DNA from: Oculina patagonica
Taxonomy: Eukaryota
DNA length: 64,000 nucleotides
Direction: 5' to 3'
Assembly (NCBI RefSeq): GCF_052425735.1
Contig: NC_135763.1
Span: 16,058,001 to 16,122,000 of the forward strand
The stretch's first letter is position 1; the number at the start of each line of letters is the position of its first letter. The translations under genes were made by a program, and so were the position numbers. A model generated the notes under the pieces. The model searched no databases. It had not been told where the DNA came from and worked only from the letters and a program-made list of their open reading frames with translations. Of this stretch, positions 40,043-52,401 are shown piece after piece.

Positions 40043-43000
40043 TCATCTAATCTTCTGTAGATTTTCTATAAAAAATGGATATACAAAAGTTAATGTGTGT
40101 TTAATTAGCTTCTTTATATGAAAATGCCTGAGACCCAATTTGTTACAATAACAGTGCACATGAAAAATAGGATGTTAAAACAATAAATTAAGAATAATCA
40201 ATTTCTCACAATAGAATAAGCTGTTTTTATTTTTCTTAGATTGAACTGGACCTAGCTTGCGACAGAGACTATTATCAGTACAAGTGTAGCTGTTTCTAAT
40301 AATTTACCTGTTGCGATTTAAATTTATCTTTTGCTCAAAAATCTTCAAACCAGTTGCTTAAGACAATGATAAATAAAAATCAACTGGTTTGAAAATTTAA
40401 AACAAGATAAATTTCAACCACATTATACCCAAACAATAGACTCTTTGGCAAGCAAGTGTCAGTTCAATCATGGCCTTTATGGTGGAGGCAAATTGAGAGA
40501 GGTCTGGGGTTGATTCAAGTATCCAGGCCATCATTGGCATCAACAGACTGAGAATGAATTATGGGAGGTGTAAAATGTGGTACTCTGGATGCAAAGTGGC
40601 ATGGACCTCTGGTTTTGGCTCCTGAAGCTTGTCACAGGAAAGAAATGATGCAATCAAGTATGGTACCCAGGGAAGGAGGAAGGCCTGATAAGACTCATCA
40701 ACACATTTGTCCGGTGAGAAATCTGACATGCAATGTGCAGTGTTAACTGATAATCCAACCACCAATGGGCCAGTGAGCCTCTCTATAGGCCAGTGAGGTG
40801 GAATTTTAATGCAGTTAAGTGTATGTCACAGCCCCAGGCACCTGGGCACCTAACCTTCACTTGCAATAGAAGCATTAATAATTTGAGGATTCATTGTCTT
40901 CAATGTACCTGATACAGTGTTGAGGAGATTCTTTAGATCTTCAGTGGTGTTCATATCATGTCTCCTCCCAGGTGGAATATCAAGCTGGTAGTCTGGTCCA
41001 TAGGCCAGAAAATACTGCAAAACACAATTGATGTTAATGTTAATGGATTGTATTTTTGTCATATAGTCCAGGTTGATTGGCAAAATTCTAAACAGGCCAC
41101 ATGCAGACAATAAATTAAATTAAATTTGCATGCGAGAAAAAATAAGTACATGGCACTTATTACCTCATGTTCTGGGATGTCAAGTGATAATGGTTGATTA
41201 AGAGCCACACCAGTCAGATATGTCCAGCATTTTGCAGCATTCTTTGAATTATATCCACCTAAGATAAGCAATAAGCCAAGATAACATTATAGTCTCAGAT
41301 TAATCGTCACAAATTAAGGCTTAGACTTGCTCCAAGTCGCTTGTTTCGTGTCGATAGAGTAACTTGAGTAAGTTCGCTTTGAAATCGCGCGCGAGTAACC
41401 GTGCGGAATTTGTTTGTCCGTGCGTCAAGGAATGGCTCGGAACGAGCGACTTGTGTCACTTGCAGGAAATCGATTCTGGGTGACGTTTTCGTGTGCATTG
41501 AGTTAGTTTCTTTTACCGTGTTGACGTCAGTTTTGTGCGCCGTCTGCTGTTGACGCGCGCTGTGGCGTGTGTAAAAATGGCGATTGTCTTTACTTTATTG
41601 TGGGAAATCATACTTGTGGCTTTTGATGGCTCTTTCATTTCTGTAAAATTGAAAAGGGACAGGAACAAAAAAAGATATCTGTGTTGTTCACACTGGTCTA
41701 ACTGCCGATGTGAGAAGGAAACTAGTCTGCCAGAGAGGTAAAAATGCAACCTTGTCTCGTGGACAGAGCGAGCTATAAATTAAAGTTGGCGAGCACAGTG
41801 CGCTCAGTAAAGCGCGCGCAATAATATGATTGACAGAATCTCGATGGCGTCACTGGTGGAAAAATCTACCGGTGACACCACATTTCAGAATTGGCGAGAC
41901 AAGTCGCTCGTGCACGCCCTCCGTTTCCATATACGTGTACTACGAATCAAACGAGCGACTTGGAGCAAGTCTAATTAAGGCTGAGTCTTAGCCTTAATCA
42001 TTTTGTGAAAAATCTGTGATGGACACCATGCACAATACATGCAACGTGTGCAAAGGTTTCCCTTTTGCTGTGGGTCTGTTCAGTTATGTCTATCACAAAT
42101 GTCAAAATGTGGTAATTTAAGAACTTCCAGTGACTGTGACCCTCTCGCATAGCAGCTCATGATCATGGGCAGCCACATCTTTTTCTTACCAGGGCAGGTA
42201 TTTTTTGCAGGTTGCAGGTCGGAAAATTGACTTTTGAGTTTTGTTTGCACTCTGGTAAGCCTGAATAGCACTCCAGTTAGCCAAAACAAGCTCAGGATGC
42301 AACTTGTATTTGGATACCACATCCAGAAAGACATTGAACCCTTTTGAAAAATGTTCAATAAATTGAGACCAATTAACTACATTTGGTCTATATTTAAATA
42401 GTTGATAAAATTAACGCTCCATGAATGGTCAAACTAAAAAGAACATTTCACCCACCTCCTCCAAGCAATAACAATGGCAGGTTCCATTCCATCAAGTACC
42501 TGACACACTCTCCAATGCCATGTTGGGTAAGATTAAAAGATGCCATAGGATCACCAGCTAGCGTATCCACCCCACACTGACAAACAACCACACTTGGCTT
42601 AAACCTCTTTCTGACCTCTGACATCACTCTGTAACAAAATTGAAAGCATTTTTTAAAGCATAACCAAATTCCTCAGGAAAATACTATGTATCTTTTGGCC
42701 AAGGGTTATCTCCAACAAAGATCTGATTGCCCAATGTCACCAAGAGAACATGAGAACTATCATAAGAAGGAGGTGTTGGAGCTGGGTAGGACATGTGCTG
42801 AGAATGGAAGGGAAAGCTATTCCAAGAACAGCACTTCATTGGACACCTGAAGGCAAAAAATCTCGATGATTTGGTAAGTGCAGAATGCAATATGGAACAA
42901 TTGAAAGTATGATGTTTTATATATGTTCGTGTTTATTTGCTTTATTTTACTTTCGGAAAAACTGTTCACAGGCTACTTGTATTCTTTCCCAGGTGTTCCT

Positions 43001-46000
43001 TACGCTAATCTTTGCAAACGTAACAGGACACTTTTGTTCGTTTGTAACAAAATACTTTTGTCTTCCTTGAAAATGCGATAACATGAAACTTTTGTTTTTT
43101 TGTTTGTTTTACAGCGGCATCGATGACATTTGTTTAATTTAATTAAGTTACGGTTTAGACTGCAAGAAAGACGATTCTCAAAAACTAAAGAAACAAATCT
43201 AATCAAAAAACATATTTTTCGACAAGTTTTTTAAAACGCAGTACAGCTAGGATATTTGTTTCCTGGTTATCAGGTGTTCACGCCGAAAATCCCGGTGCAA
43301 GTTTTTGCATACCTAATTACGAAAGCGCTGTGAAAGTCTCAAAATCTAATTTAATTAATTTGCGGTTTTTACTTGGCCAAGAAGTCTGCATGAAGCCTAC
43401 TGCAAACACGCAATACAAGCGATGTTCATGATAGTTCCAGAAAACAACGTAGACTAATCTGCGCATGCGTTTGGTGTAAATTACGTTGAGTAGTACCACA
43501 AGGAGAGCAAAGGGTTTTCTGAAACAAATATATACGTTTGAGATCTTCATATGAAAGTAACGTAGATGTGCTCCAGGTTTTACCTAGGGGTACGGTCAGG
43601 TGCTCCCCACCCCCACCCCTCCTCAGGAATAATTAATTAATTGATATTAATTAATTAATTGATGATTAAAAGTTTACACCGCGTTAGCGGCTTAGTGGTT
43701 TAGGGGTTAAGCAGACGCCAACCCACCAAACCATCACAATAGTGCATTCTGCACTAAAAACAGTGCAGACGACCAAAAACAATTTGGAGATGGTCGGTAG
43801 AAACTGAACTGAAAACCCTAAGCTACACACCTGGTGAGACATTAAGAAGAAAGCTTGTGACAGGCATGTGTGGAGAAACTTTGTCGCTGCCCTTAGCGCC
43901 GTTGGCGTAAAGGCAATAAGTAAGTTTAAAGCATAACAATCATTGACAATAAACACAATTCATTTTTGGGAAATCCTTACTACCATGTTTGTTAAATACT
44001 GTTTCTTTTAACTGGACGATTTTCCAGAAGATTTCTGGATGGCAATCTGGCAAAGACCCTCAGATCACAAGTACCAACCTCGAAAAGATTTTTATAAAAG
44101 GCTTGTCAGTGATTCCGTCCTTCAGTGGTACGTTGACTGAGTAATACTTTCCTTTGCCAAAACCCACATCCTCACATGATCCTGTACCTACAGTGTAAAC
44201 AGAGTTGAACCTTTGGTTTTTATCACTTCCAATCTACATTGTATTTGATTTTGGATTTGAACTTTAGTCTACCTCAACCCTACAAGTCAAGACCATTTTA
44301 GTCACCATGGCGACTTAAATTTTGGAGCTGGCGACTATATTGGAACCAAAGTCCTCAGCCTGGCGACTAAAATTGAGAAGAAGGATTGAAAGCATGAGCT
44401 TAATTTAGCGACTAAAATTTCTCACTGGCGATCAAACCTGAGCCGATGGTGGCCAAATGGCCACTAAGGAAAAAATTAACTTGGAGGGTTGTACCTACAG
44501 AACAGTTATCACATATTTAAGGACGACTACTACAATTGAGTCTGGAAGGGTTAAAGCAGGGCTAAAAAAGTGCTGTCTGGTAGTCTTGGACAAGTACAAA
44601 TGTGGGATTTTTGTTCCGCGGAAGTATCTTTCATTCCCACTTGCCTGATGGATAAGGGGCCCAGGCAAGTCATCGGCCAACTTAATGGAAAAATAATAAC
44701 AACAACAACAACAACAAGACAACTAATGCAAGTATCCACCTGCCAAAATGCGCAAAATTAAAGAGCTGCTTATCCTAATGCGAAGCTGGTATTCAAGCTT
44801 TTTTCCCGAGTTCTGTTAAAGCCCTTTTGGATAACCCAGAGTTTACAAGTGTAATCAATAACTGAACCTTACTTTTAGCTGGCAGATGTAGTCACTGTGA
44901 CAAAAAGAATAACAAGAAAAACAAAGAAAAAAAGACAACATATTACCTGGAAAAAATCCTGGGGAATATTTATGAAATGACACTGACATCACTTTTGAAG
45001 TAAAAGAAAATGCATCCTCGACTCCTGGAAATAATATTCAGTATTAGTATGACTGTATAAACTTGCTCCTAAACTACTGTTAAAACTAGTGTATAAGCTG
45101 CACCTTTTTGCTGAACTTTTGGGCTAAAAATTGTGGGTGCACCTCATGTACGAGTGCGGCTTATACACTAATTTTTACGGTACATGGTACAAATTAAAGT
45201 GTATATGACATGAAAAATATTTTCTGCTAATTTGAAAGGCCTTTCGAAATACAGAAGAATGGCGTTTTTCTTTTCGAAATATCCTTTTTCGTTTCAGAGA
45301 TATTGACGTTTTTGTATTATGCAAATTAGATCAGTGATGACGTCACAAGATTTGACTCTAAAAATGGTAAAATACTCAATAAACAATATCTCTAAAACTA
45401 TTAAAGCAGTGTTCTTGGAACTTGGCACCACAAATGTGCATCACAAAAGAAACAAAATGTTACTCTTAGGGCTGTTGCCATGACAACAGTTTTGCCGCTG
45501 GTGCTGTCTCAATAAAAACTGAAATTCCCAGTTTTTGTCTTAAACCAAGAACCATCTAGCTCAGCCAAACCAATGGTGGGAATTAAGGCAATATGGGAAC
45601 TATGTCTGTTCTAAGCAGGACCCTTTGTCTCACTTTAGAGGTCAGATATGGAGATATTTGTATTTTTGACAGAGAGAGACTGGAGCTGAAAGAGTTGCTA
45701 TGGCAACAATACGTAGGGTGTCATTTTGTTCCTTTTGTGATGCACATTTGTGGTGCCAAGTTTCAAGAACACTGCTTCAATAGTTTTAGAGATATTGTTT
45801 ATTCAGTATTTTACCATTTTTAGAGTCAAATCTTGTGACGTCATCACTGATCTAATTTGCATAATACAAAAACGTCAATATCTCTGAAACGAAAAAAGAT
45901 ATTTCGAAAAGAAAAACGCCATTCTTCTGTATTTCGAAATGCCTTTCAAATAAGCAGAAAATATTTTTCATGTCATATACACTTTAAGGAAGAGGGTTTT

Positions 46001-49000
46001 TTAACTGTGTTATGCGTTATTGTAACCAATACAATTTCTTCTTGTCAACAGTTTTTTGTCTCAGCCTGGATAGAATGTCTTGCGTATTGGTGAACATAAA
46101 CCTATATAAACCTATGTTTGCATGTGGTTAGTGAGATTGAAATTAAAAAAAATATATATCATTTGATAAAAAATTAGGACATCTGTCATGGCTGTCTTTA
46201 ATTTGCTGCTGGAGTTTAAGATAGGGCAGCTAGTAGGATGAAGGGTGACCAGATTTATCTTGAGGCTTAGCATGAGGTGCAAATTTTATTGGGCTTTTGA
46301 GGATGCTTTTAGTTTAACACCCTGTAGTAGCCTGATGAAATCCCCCTCACAAATTTGAAATAAAACCCTTAATGAAAGGCAAAAGACAGATTATTATATA
46401 CAAACCATCTCCATGATGAAGATCAATGTCAACATAGAGAACCCTGTCAAACTTCTCACGCAACTTCAAAATCCCCAAGACAATGTCATTGACATAGCAG
46501 AATCCAGCTGCTTCATCCCTAACAACAACAAAAACAACAAAATTGGTTGTTAACTGCTACATAGACATGTACCCAGTATTTATAAGTGCATGATGCAGGC
46601 ATGTAAAGTATGGAGGGGGTAGAGCTTTATAGATGATGCCTATCATGCTAGACAACAAATAATTAGCATCATGGGATAGATTACAGGAATGGAAAAAATC
46701 CATAATTTTTAAAATTATCACGGAAAGTTTAGCTCTTTTCAAAATAATTAGTTGTGACCTTTCTTATGCTTGAACTCAAGAGTTTTAAGGACTAGATAAC
46801 CATTGAACAAGAATGTTTTTTTTTTTTAATTCTGAGCAAACAAGAGAAAACTCTTAAAAACTCCTAAGAAAAATGTGATCCAGACTAAATTTGATAAGAG
46901 CTAATGATAGTCACCCAGGGTACCTTGGAGATTCATCAGACCAAATGAGGGCAAGAGTTTCAACTCTTGTCAATTTATGTTTGTTACTGTCTGTACATTT
47001 TGCAGTAGTGCCTCACATGCAACATTTTGTCAATGAGCTGTTTAAGACCTACGTAGCTCAGGCTTAAGGAAAATTGTGACGTTGTGGACTTTGAAAAAGA
47101 TAGGAATAAAAAGGTTCCACTGTGGGACTATATACCTCTGGGCGTGGTGCCAGCCTCCCTGCCAGTTGATTGCTATAGAACATTCCCTTTTGTTCAACAT
47201 CTCAGCAGCAGTCAGTGTGCCCCCAGCCACAGCAGACATGCAATCAAACAAGTCATCAAACACTGGGCAATCAAAGCCTGCAGCAAAGCACAAAGTTACC
47301 ATTATTATGATTCACAATGCAACAAAGAAGGATGCAAAATAGGCATGTACTATGTAACATTAAAGTAACATTAATTAATTAATGTTAATTATTAATTATT
47401 AATTAATTAAGTTACATTAATGTAACATTAAAGAAATATGAAACATGTTTTGAGTTGAAGAAACATGGGAAAATGTTTTCTATTTCTTTTAGAAAATACT
47501 GCAAGGGAAAGAAGAAACAACCCCACATTTATTGAGAATATCAAAAAGTAAATTTATTTCTCTAAGCTTGCATGATTTTATATGGCAGTCAAAGCTTTTT
47601 TTATCTTTTGAACAACCAGGCCCGGTTTACTACTACTACATAACAATGTAATGCTAGTTAACATACCCAAACCATACTCAGAAGCCAATTGCTCTACTTC
47701 CTCACAATCTTCATCATTTGTCATCTGTTCTAGGCATTCAATGAAGTCCAAAGAATGAAATGCAGAAAGTTCTTGGACTGAGGCTCTTCTTGGTTTAACA
47801 ACTCTGTTTGAAACAAGTTATATTCACTTTTTCTCTCAAGGGATAAAACAAATAACAAACGCACAATGTTTTGACACTGTCATGGCATCATTGTCAAGTG
47901 ACCAGGCATAACTAAATATTGATAATCAATGACATCAATTGGGAAACAATGAGTAATCAATGGGTAATCAGTTGATTAGTCATTGATTATTGGCGATAAT
48001 CAAGGAGTAATGGAAGCCCAAAAATTTTGTGGTCTATTGATTACTCATTGATGTAATTGATTACCTATCGATGATATTGGTTAATCATTGATGACCCATC
48101 AATTACTCATCGACTATTGACCATTTACTTTTTTTACGATCCCATAATACACCTTGTTTACCCCCCAAAATTTTTGTATAAGCATTGTTTTCAATTTCTC
48201 TTGGGACGATTGTACATCATTGTAAATCACAAGAGAAATTGAAAACAATGCTAATGCTAAAATTTTGGGGGGTAAACAAGGTGTATATGGGAACGGTGAA
48301 AACAGCAAATATTTATACACAGACAATATGATTTATTTAAAGGTGGCTGAATACAGTTTTCATGTGGCTCAAAGGCGCGCGCTACAATTTTCTGCTTGAC
48401 GTCATTATTGCTCGCGCGGGCTAAAATGGCGCTAGCAACTCTAAACGGAAATGAAACGAATTTGATTCACTTCGGAGGTCGTAAAAGCCAGATTTTGATA
48501 CATTTTTTTTGAAAACCTACCGTACAACCTATTATGAAACTTTCACAATTAAATTTAAGGGGTGAACCACGTCCACAGTCAAAATTTTGAAAAAGTTTGT
48601 AAGACAGATTAAAAATCGGCAAAAAATCACATTTTCCTATTTTGCGAAAAATCTGTCTTACAGATTTTTGCGTGAATGATAAATCAAAGCCAATTTCTTA
48701 TTTCTGAAATTTTGAGGTAGAGTCGTACGGGTAAAAAACGCTGTTTAAACTACTAGTGCCAGGCCCCTCTTAAGCACTCAGCCATTCATTTAAGCCGTTG
48801 ATCAGCATTTTTATTTAACAAATATCGCATTAGATGGTTTAAGGATGTAACAAATAGTGACAAGAGAAAGACAAAACTTTTCTGGAGATTGTACAAGAGA
48901 GTTAAAGGTTGGACTAATTTGCCCTCTCAAAACTGTATTAAGCCACCTTAATTAGAAAATGGACCTTGTGACACACAATTCAGAGACTGTATTCATGTTC

Positions 49001-50476
49001 TTAATTTCAATTTTAAATCACTTGCCCAGTGACTCCCTGAATTGTGTTCCACTCAGTCCAATATATAATAGACCTTTTCACAGTTTGATGCCCTCTTGGT
49101 GGGAGGCAAACACTGCAAAAGTTACAGTAAATGATATAATATAACAATATATAATATATGATGTATACAGCAATTCCTAGGAATTACAAGGTGGAGATAC
49201 CTAGCAAAAGATTTTTTTGATCAAATTTGAAGGACACAGCAATGCTAGGAAGCCAAAAATCTCATTTTTAGTTTTTCGTACAAATGTTTATATTTTTCCA
49301 CGCAAACGATGGCTTGGATTTCAGACAAATGAATGTGAAAATGAAAAAAAATGTTGGAGCTTTCCTTTTGACACTACATTCCCCAATTTTGATCAATAAA
49401 CTCTTTTACCCTGTATCTCGAGTTTGTAATTCAAAAATATTTCAGAAATAGTATTCCATTAATTATTCGAAGAAATTTTAATTGGACACCATATTGTCTC
49501 ACCCTAACTAGCTATGTAGAATTGTAGTTGAAAAAATCCAAAACAAGAATCTTCAGTAGGATTACATTAGTTCTTTTTGCCAGAGAAAATTATTGTCGTG
49601 GTTGGATTTCATGGCTGTAACTGAGCTGCTCAAAACTTGTAAAGAGCTAGCTGCCATTGATATAATAAGACAAGTATAATAAAACTAATCATAATAATTA
49701 TTTCAGCTTTTGGCATGTGCATGTAGTTTGCACTGTAAATCATCTTTAAAGTTGAGGTTTGGATAAAGTTTAATTTAGTTAAAATCTACAAGCAGTTAAG
49801 CCTAACCTTATTTAACGAAAAAATAACTTGAATAGTATCAAAATTAAACTTACACGAAGACCTGCTTTTGAACAGGTATCAAATAAATAATTTGTTGAAA
49901 TGCATTTTTGGATTAAGTAGATTTGTTGCAATCAAAAAAGCAGTCAGTAGATTTAACATGCTTGAAATCCTAAAAATTTGCATGAAGTCAACCATTTTAA
50001 GGACAAAATGACCCACTGGCCACTAAAAGTCGAATGTAAATTTAATAAAAGCAGGCTAAAGGCACACGATTGAGCAAATTGCAAAATTATTGATAGGCCA
50101 TGTTTGGTTTCCCGTTTGTAATAGATTAATATTTTGCGGTTAAGAAAAACGACCGTAGTTTAGGATTCCATAAAGAGAAGCTACATAATTACCTAGCATT
50201 TTCCAAAAGTCCATAGGCTTTAATCAGTGTATGGGTTAACGACGCCTACAAAAAGAATTACGAAGATCAAAGATTACCGGTGCTAACGAAAACACATCTC
50301 GGCAAAATATAACCAAAAGAATGCTGTTGAAATAAAAAAAACTCACTCACCCGGTTAGGGACTTTAGGAAGATTATCACACAGTTTTACGAGTTCGTCTG
50401 AGTGTATAAATACCACCGTTGTGGGGACCTTTTTAGCCCTTTTGACAGTGAGTCCGCCATTTTCTCTCAACGCCAT
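40043..50476 (-). CDS. HDAC8: Histone deacetylase 8, ~384 aa, 11 coding exons
   Basis: Phase-consistent exons 50476-50351, 50245-50193, 47803-47667, 47277-47136, 46518-46406, 45024-44947, 44187-44079, 42628-42456, 41258-41164, 41014-40909, 40065-40043. Motifs [90 protein letters not shown] and [13 protein letters not shown]. Confidence 0.96.
41322..41973. mobile_element. Non-autonomous TIR element with 9-bp TSD in an HDAC8 intron
   Basis: TIR TAGACTTGCTCCAAGTCGCT / AGCGACTTGGAGCAAGTCTA; TSD ATTAAGGCT (41313-41321, 41974-41982). Confidence 0.9.
42745..43925 (+). mobile_element. 3' end of an RTE-clade LINE, split by a Helentron-like insertion
   Basis: [33 protein letters not shown] (42750-42857) continues as [19 protein letters not shown] (43765-43900) and ends in TAAGTAAG. 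Confidence 0.8.
42855..43760 (-). mobile_element. Non-autonomous Helentron (HINE/DINE-1-like) element
   Basis: Subterminal inverted repeats AGTGCAGAATGCAATAT (42877-42893) and ATAGTGCATTCTGCACT (43739-43755); short hairpin AAATC-TCGAT-GATTT beyond one subTIR; both ends sit in an A/T run with no TSD. Confidence 0.65.
44275..44491. mobile_element. Second copy (opposite orientation) of the 5-bp-TSD MITE
   Basis: TIR CAACCCTACAAGTC / AACTTGGAGGGTTG; TSD TACCT; interior is the reverse complement of 26598-26815. Confidence 0.85.
45198..45983. mobile_element. Kolobok-type MITE with ~260-bp TIRs in an HDAC8 intron
   Basis: 45198-45459 is a near-perfect reverse complement of 45722-45983; TTAA on both sides. 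Confidence 0.9.
48116..48310. mobile_element. Palindromic MITE
   Basis: ATACACCTTGTTTACCCCCC..AGCATTGTTTTCAATTTCTCTTG is mirrored by CAAGAGAAATTGAAAACAATGCT..GGGGGTAAACAAGGTGTAT. Confidence 0.7.
48341..48948. mobile_element. Kolobok-type non-autonomous element
   Basis: TTAA-AGGTGGCTGAATACAGTTTT ... AAAACTGTATTAAGCCACC-TTAA. Confidence 0.8.
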
Positions 50477-52045
50477 CTTCAAACTTGCGCGGGAAAATAC
50501 TGGACAATAGAAGTCAAAACAACTAACAGGTAGGGGTGGGTAGAGTGGAATTGTCATATGTACGTTTTTAATCCAAGATGAACATTAAACCGAGATTTAA
50601 GGCTTAGATTAGTCATACAATACTATAAAAGTATTATTCTCACTCTAAATGTAAAAGAATTTGAAGATTAGATTTAATGCCACCTAAAGAACAAAAACTT
50701 ACCCCTCCCCAGAAATTTGCTTGGTATGTATCGCAATGCATTGTGGAGATTGTCACACGTTTCAGTCATCAGCTGAACGTGAAATGCATCAATGCTGAGT
50801 TTCAATGGCGTCTTTGTGTTGAGTTGTTTGGTCGTGTTATGTTCAAAAGCTTAGAATTTAACACTTTTTCTGAGAGAAAACCTCAAACTATTCTTCTGCT
50901 AATGCAGACAACAACTTTCTATTCGCGGTAAGTTGAGTTTATTGGTCAAATTAATGTTGTGTATTGGAATACAAAAATGCATGGCGGTCACGTTCGATTT
51001 GGCCTGACAGCCAGAAAGTGAGCATTGAATGGCCATTTCATTCGACGAAAACGAACTCTAGGCACTTTTAAATGTTTGTGTTGCAAGGTTTGTAACGTTA
51101 GCTTGAATTGATCTGGTTTATATTAATTCTGCGCTTAGTTTTTCGCGAAAATCGAGGTGCCCGCTTTCCCGATGGAGCGCCTCCCCTACTGTACGAAGAC
51201 TCAAGAGGGTTTCCTCCCTAAATTCACCAAATTGTGTTATTCCAATAAACAAAATTGTTAGTAATAACGATTTTACTCCCTTTGCGTCTCTCCAGGTGCG
51301 ACGAGGAAGGGTTTTGGAAAGAATCGAGCGTCGTCCCGTGATCCCGGCCACAAAATTCTGAGGTGAGACAATCGCTTGACGACACTCGTGGATTTGCAAT
51401 GAACAAATAAGCTTAATAAGTATTGACGCTTTCTTCTTTTTTGTTCCCGTTTCCAAGAGATTCTGACATTCGTTGCAGCTGATCCAATTGCTTTCTCTTT
51501 TTCCCCAGGATAGTTGAAGAACGAAACGGAAAGATGAAGGACGGAGCGCCTGTGACAGAGCGGTTACATTTGGAGAAAGCACGATGCTTCCAACCTTGGA
51601 TTGCTGATCATACATAGCTTCAAAAAGGTAATATATTTTAAGATGGGATTACAGTTACATTTCCTACAATTTGGGTACAATGAACGATGTCATATCAACC
51701 AAATATCACTAGAACTAAATAAAGAGCACTGACCCAGAGCAATGACAGCCTTAGGTTTCTGAAAATGCATCAGTTGTTCACCTGTCAATCATTCTCCTGG
51801 TAAAAATTAACAGAAAACTTACAGTACTGCACATCACAGTGCTCTGCTGTACCAAATTCATAGGAGAATGCATTAAAAGTAATTGAAAAACAATCAATAA
51901 CTCCCTGAAATGTAAGATAAGTGATTCAGAATAGCCCTTATGCATGGATTCTTAAACGTTGTTATGTTTATTTGATTTATTTGTTTCAGTCATTTGCTCG
52001 GCCCCACAAGCCTTTGTGCTATAAATACACCAAGGGTAAATAAAG

Positions 52046-52046
<1 letters not shown>

Positions 52047-52088
<42 letters not shown>
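52047..52088. repeat. (TTA)n microsatellite
   Basis: Read directly from the sequence. Confidence 0.9.
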
Positions 52089-52089
<1 letters not shown>

Positions 52090-52213
52090 AAGTGAAACCG
52101 GTAAAAAAAATATATAGTTATATATCCCATAGAAAACAGGTAAATGTGAAAATAGATTAGTGTGTATCAATCAGTTCAATCTGCAGCTTACTTTCATAAG
52201 CAAATGCCTACAT

Positions 52214-52401
52214 TGTGCGGTTCCAGAAAATATCCATACCCACCCCAAGGATGGTCATTGGAAATTCCGAGGGGGATGGGGGTCTCAATAGCACAAATTT
52301 TTAAAAGAAAGTATGAAGCTAAACTGGAAATCCCAGGGGGTGGGAGGGTCCAAAACAAATAACCATCCTTGGGGGAAGTATGATATTTTTTGGAACCACA
52401 C
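52214..52401. mobile_element. MITE
   Basis: TGTGCGGTTCCAGAAAATATC / GATATTTTTTGGAACCACAC inverted ends. Confidence 0.7.

Noticed and set aside
40850-40908. HDAC8 C-terminus by read-through of exon 10
   Set aside because: A GT donor at 40908 and an in-phase terminal exon (ENLQKIR*, 40065-40043) fit the HDAC8 end better.
51118-51615. 165-aa minus-strand ORF (and 53980-54369, 129 aa)
   Set aside because: No recognisable motifs; probably chance ORFs in GC-richer DNA.
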